Positions 63,524 through 64,000 of a stretch of DNA of 64,000 nucleotides are shown here, one piece after another (position 1 is the stretch's first letter; each line of letters starts with the position of its first letter). A program made the position numbers and the translations under genes. Source of the DNA: a virus; IMG/VR virus record IMGVR_UViG_3300024265_000031; one strand, written 5' to 3'. The notes beneath the pieces are model-generated. The model was given only the letters and a program-made list of their open reading frames with translations, ran no database searches and was not told the origin of the DNA.

Positions 63524-64000
63524 TTATAACACATCTGTTATGTACTTGTCAAGCCAAACTTGACCTTCTTCTAAATTATTGAACACACCATCTAACTGAG
63601 CCTCAAACGCATCTCTTAAAATATCTCCAAACTTTGGAGATGGATTCATTCCTCTTTCAATTAAATGCCTACCTAATAAAATCTCTTTTGGTGCTTGAGA
63701 TTCTACTTGTAAATCTTTTGCTATTTCACGAATTTGAATTGCTTCTTTAGGCAATCCTCCCTTTAATGGTGGTCTTCCATCATGATCTGCTTCCATAATC
63801 ATAAGCAATTCTGTTATGGTACATGGGTGCAATCTTCTGGCTAATCTTCTAACTGCGCGCTTAGATGGATTCCTGTTATGTACATGTGCCATGTGTTCAC
63901 GTACAAGAGGAATGATTCTCTCAATTAGATATGTTTCTTTCATACCAATTGAGTCAAGAAATTGGCGCGCTGGTTCTTCTCCCATTATATCATGCGCATG
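63524..64000 (-). CDS. cca: C-terminus of CCA-adding tRNA nucleotidyltransferase with HD domain (5' part beyond window)
   Basis: Frame open to the window edge; LVREHM, EADHDGR, LLGRHLIERGMNPSPKFGDIL..AFEAQLDG. Confidence 0.75.
   Translation of the reverse strand, partial: HAHDIMGEEPARQFLDSIGMKETYLIERIIPLVREHMAHVHNRNPSKRAVRRLARRLHPCTITELLMIMEADHDGRPPLKGGLPKEAIQIREIAKDLQVESQAPKEILLGRHLIERGMNPSPKFGDILRDAFEAQLDGVFNNLEEGQVWLDKYITDVL

Noticed and set aside
308-63529. Plus-strand ORFs in the ORF track
   Set aside because: They are antisense shadows of minus-strand genes or tRNAs, with biased composition and no recognisable motifs
1-64000. Stop-codon reassignment (alternative genetic code)
   Set aside because: Known enzymes are full length in code 11, TAA, TAG and TGA all terminate genes, and no suppressor tRNA was seen

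Overview
AT-rich, densely packed segment of what is most likely a large (jumbo-type) bacteriophage genome. Essentially all genes are on the minus strand, driven by near-consensus sigma70-type promoters (TTGACA-N17-TAnnnT). It carries purine and nucleotide genes (partial guaB, a divergent short PurA, gmk-like kinase, 5'-nucleotidase, ThyX-like), 14 tRNAs and the C-terminus of a CCA-adding enzyme. It also has dnaN, two DNA methyltransferases, two HNH nucleases, a BCS1-like AAA ATPase and a 14.6-kb glycosylation operon with a complete GDP-heptose pathway, plus about 100 tiny hypothetical ORFs. Two systems stand out. (1) About 65 copies of a palindrome ATAAAA-N6(5)-TTTTAT with a variable spacer sit almost exclusively at gene junctions. 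They often supply the upstream stop codon and abut the downstream RBS, and a duplicated gene has homology limits exactly at these sites, suggesting an integron-like cassette system. (2) A radical SAM/twitch enzyme is co-transcribed with four otherwise unrelated proteins that share the N-terminal tag MKIR(N/Q)GFVSNSS(S/T)SS(F/Y), suggesting a protein-modification system. Smaller candidates include a structured ncRNA in the tRNA array, an anticodon-less mini-tRNA with its own promoter and a palindromic candidate origin or operator. All annotations come from manual motif recognition; no database searches were run.
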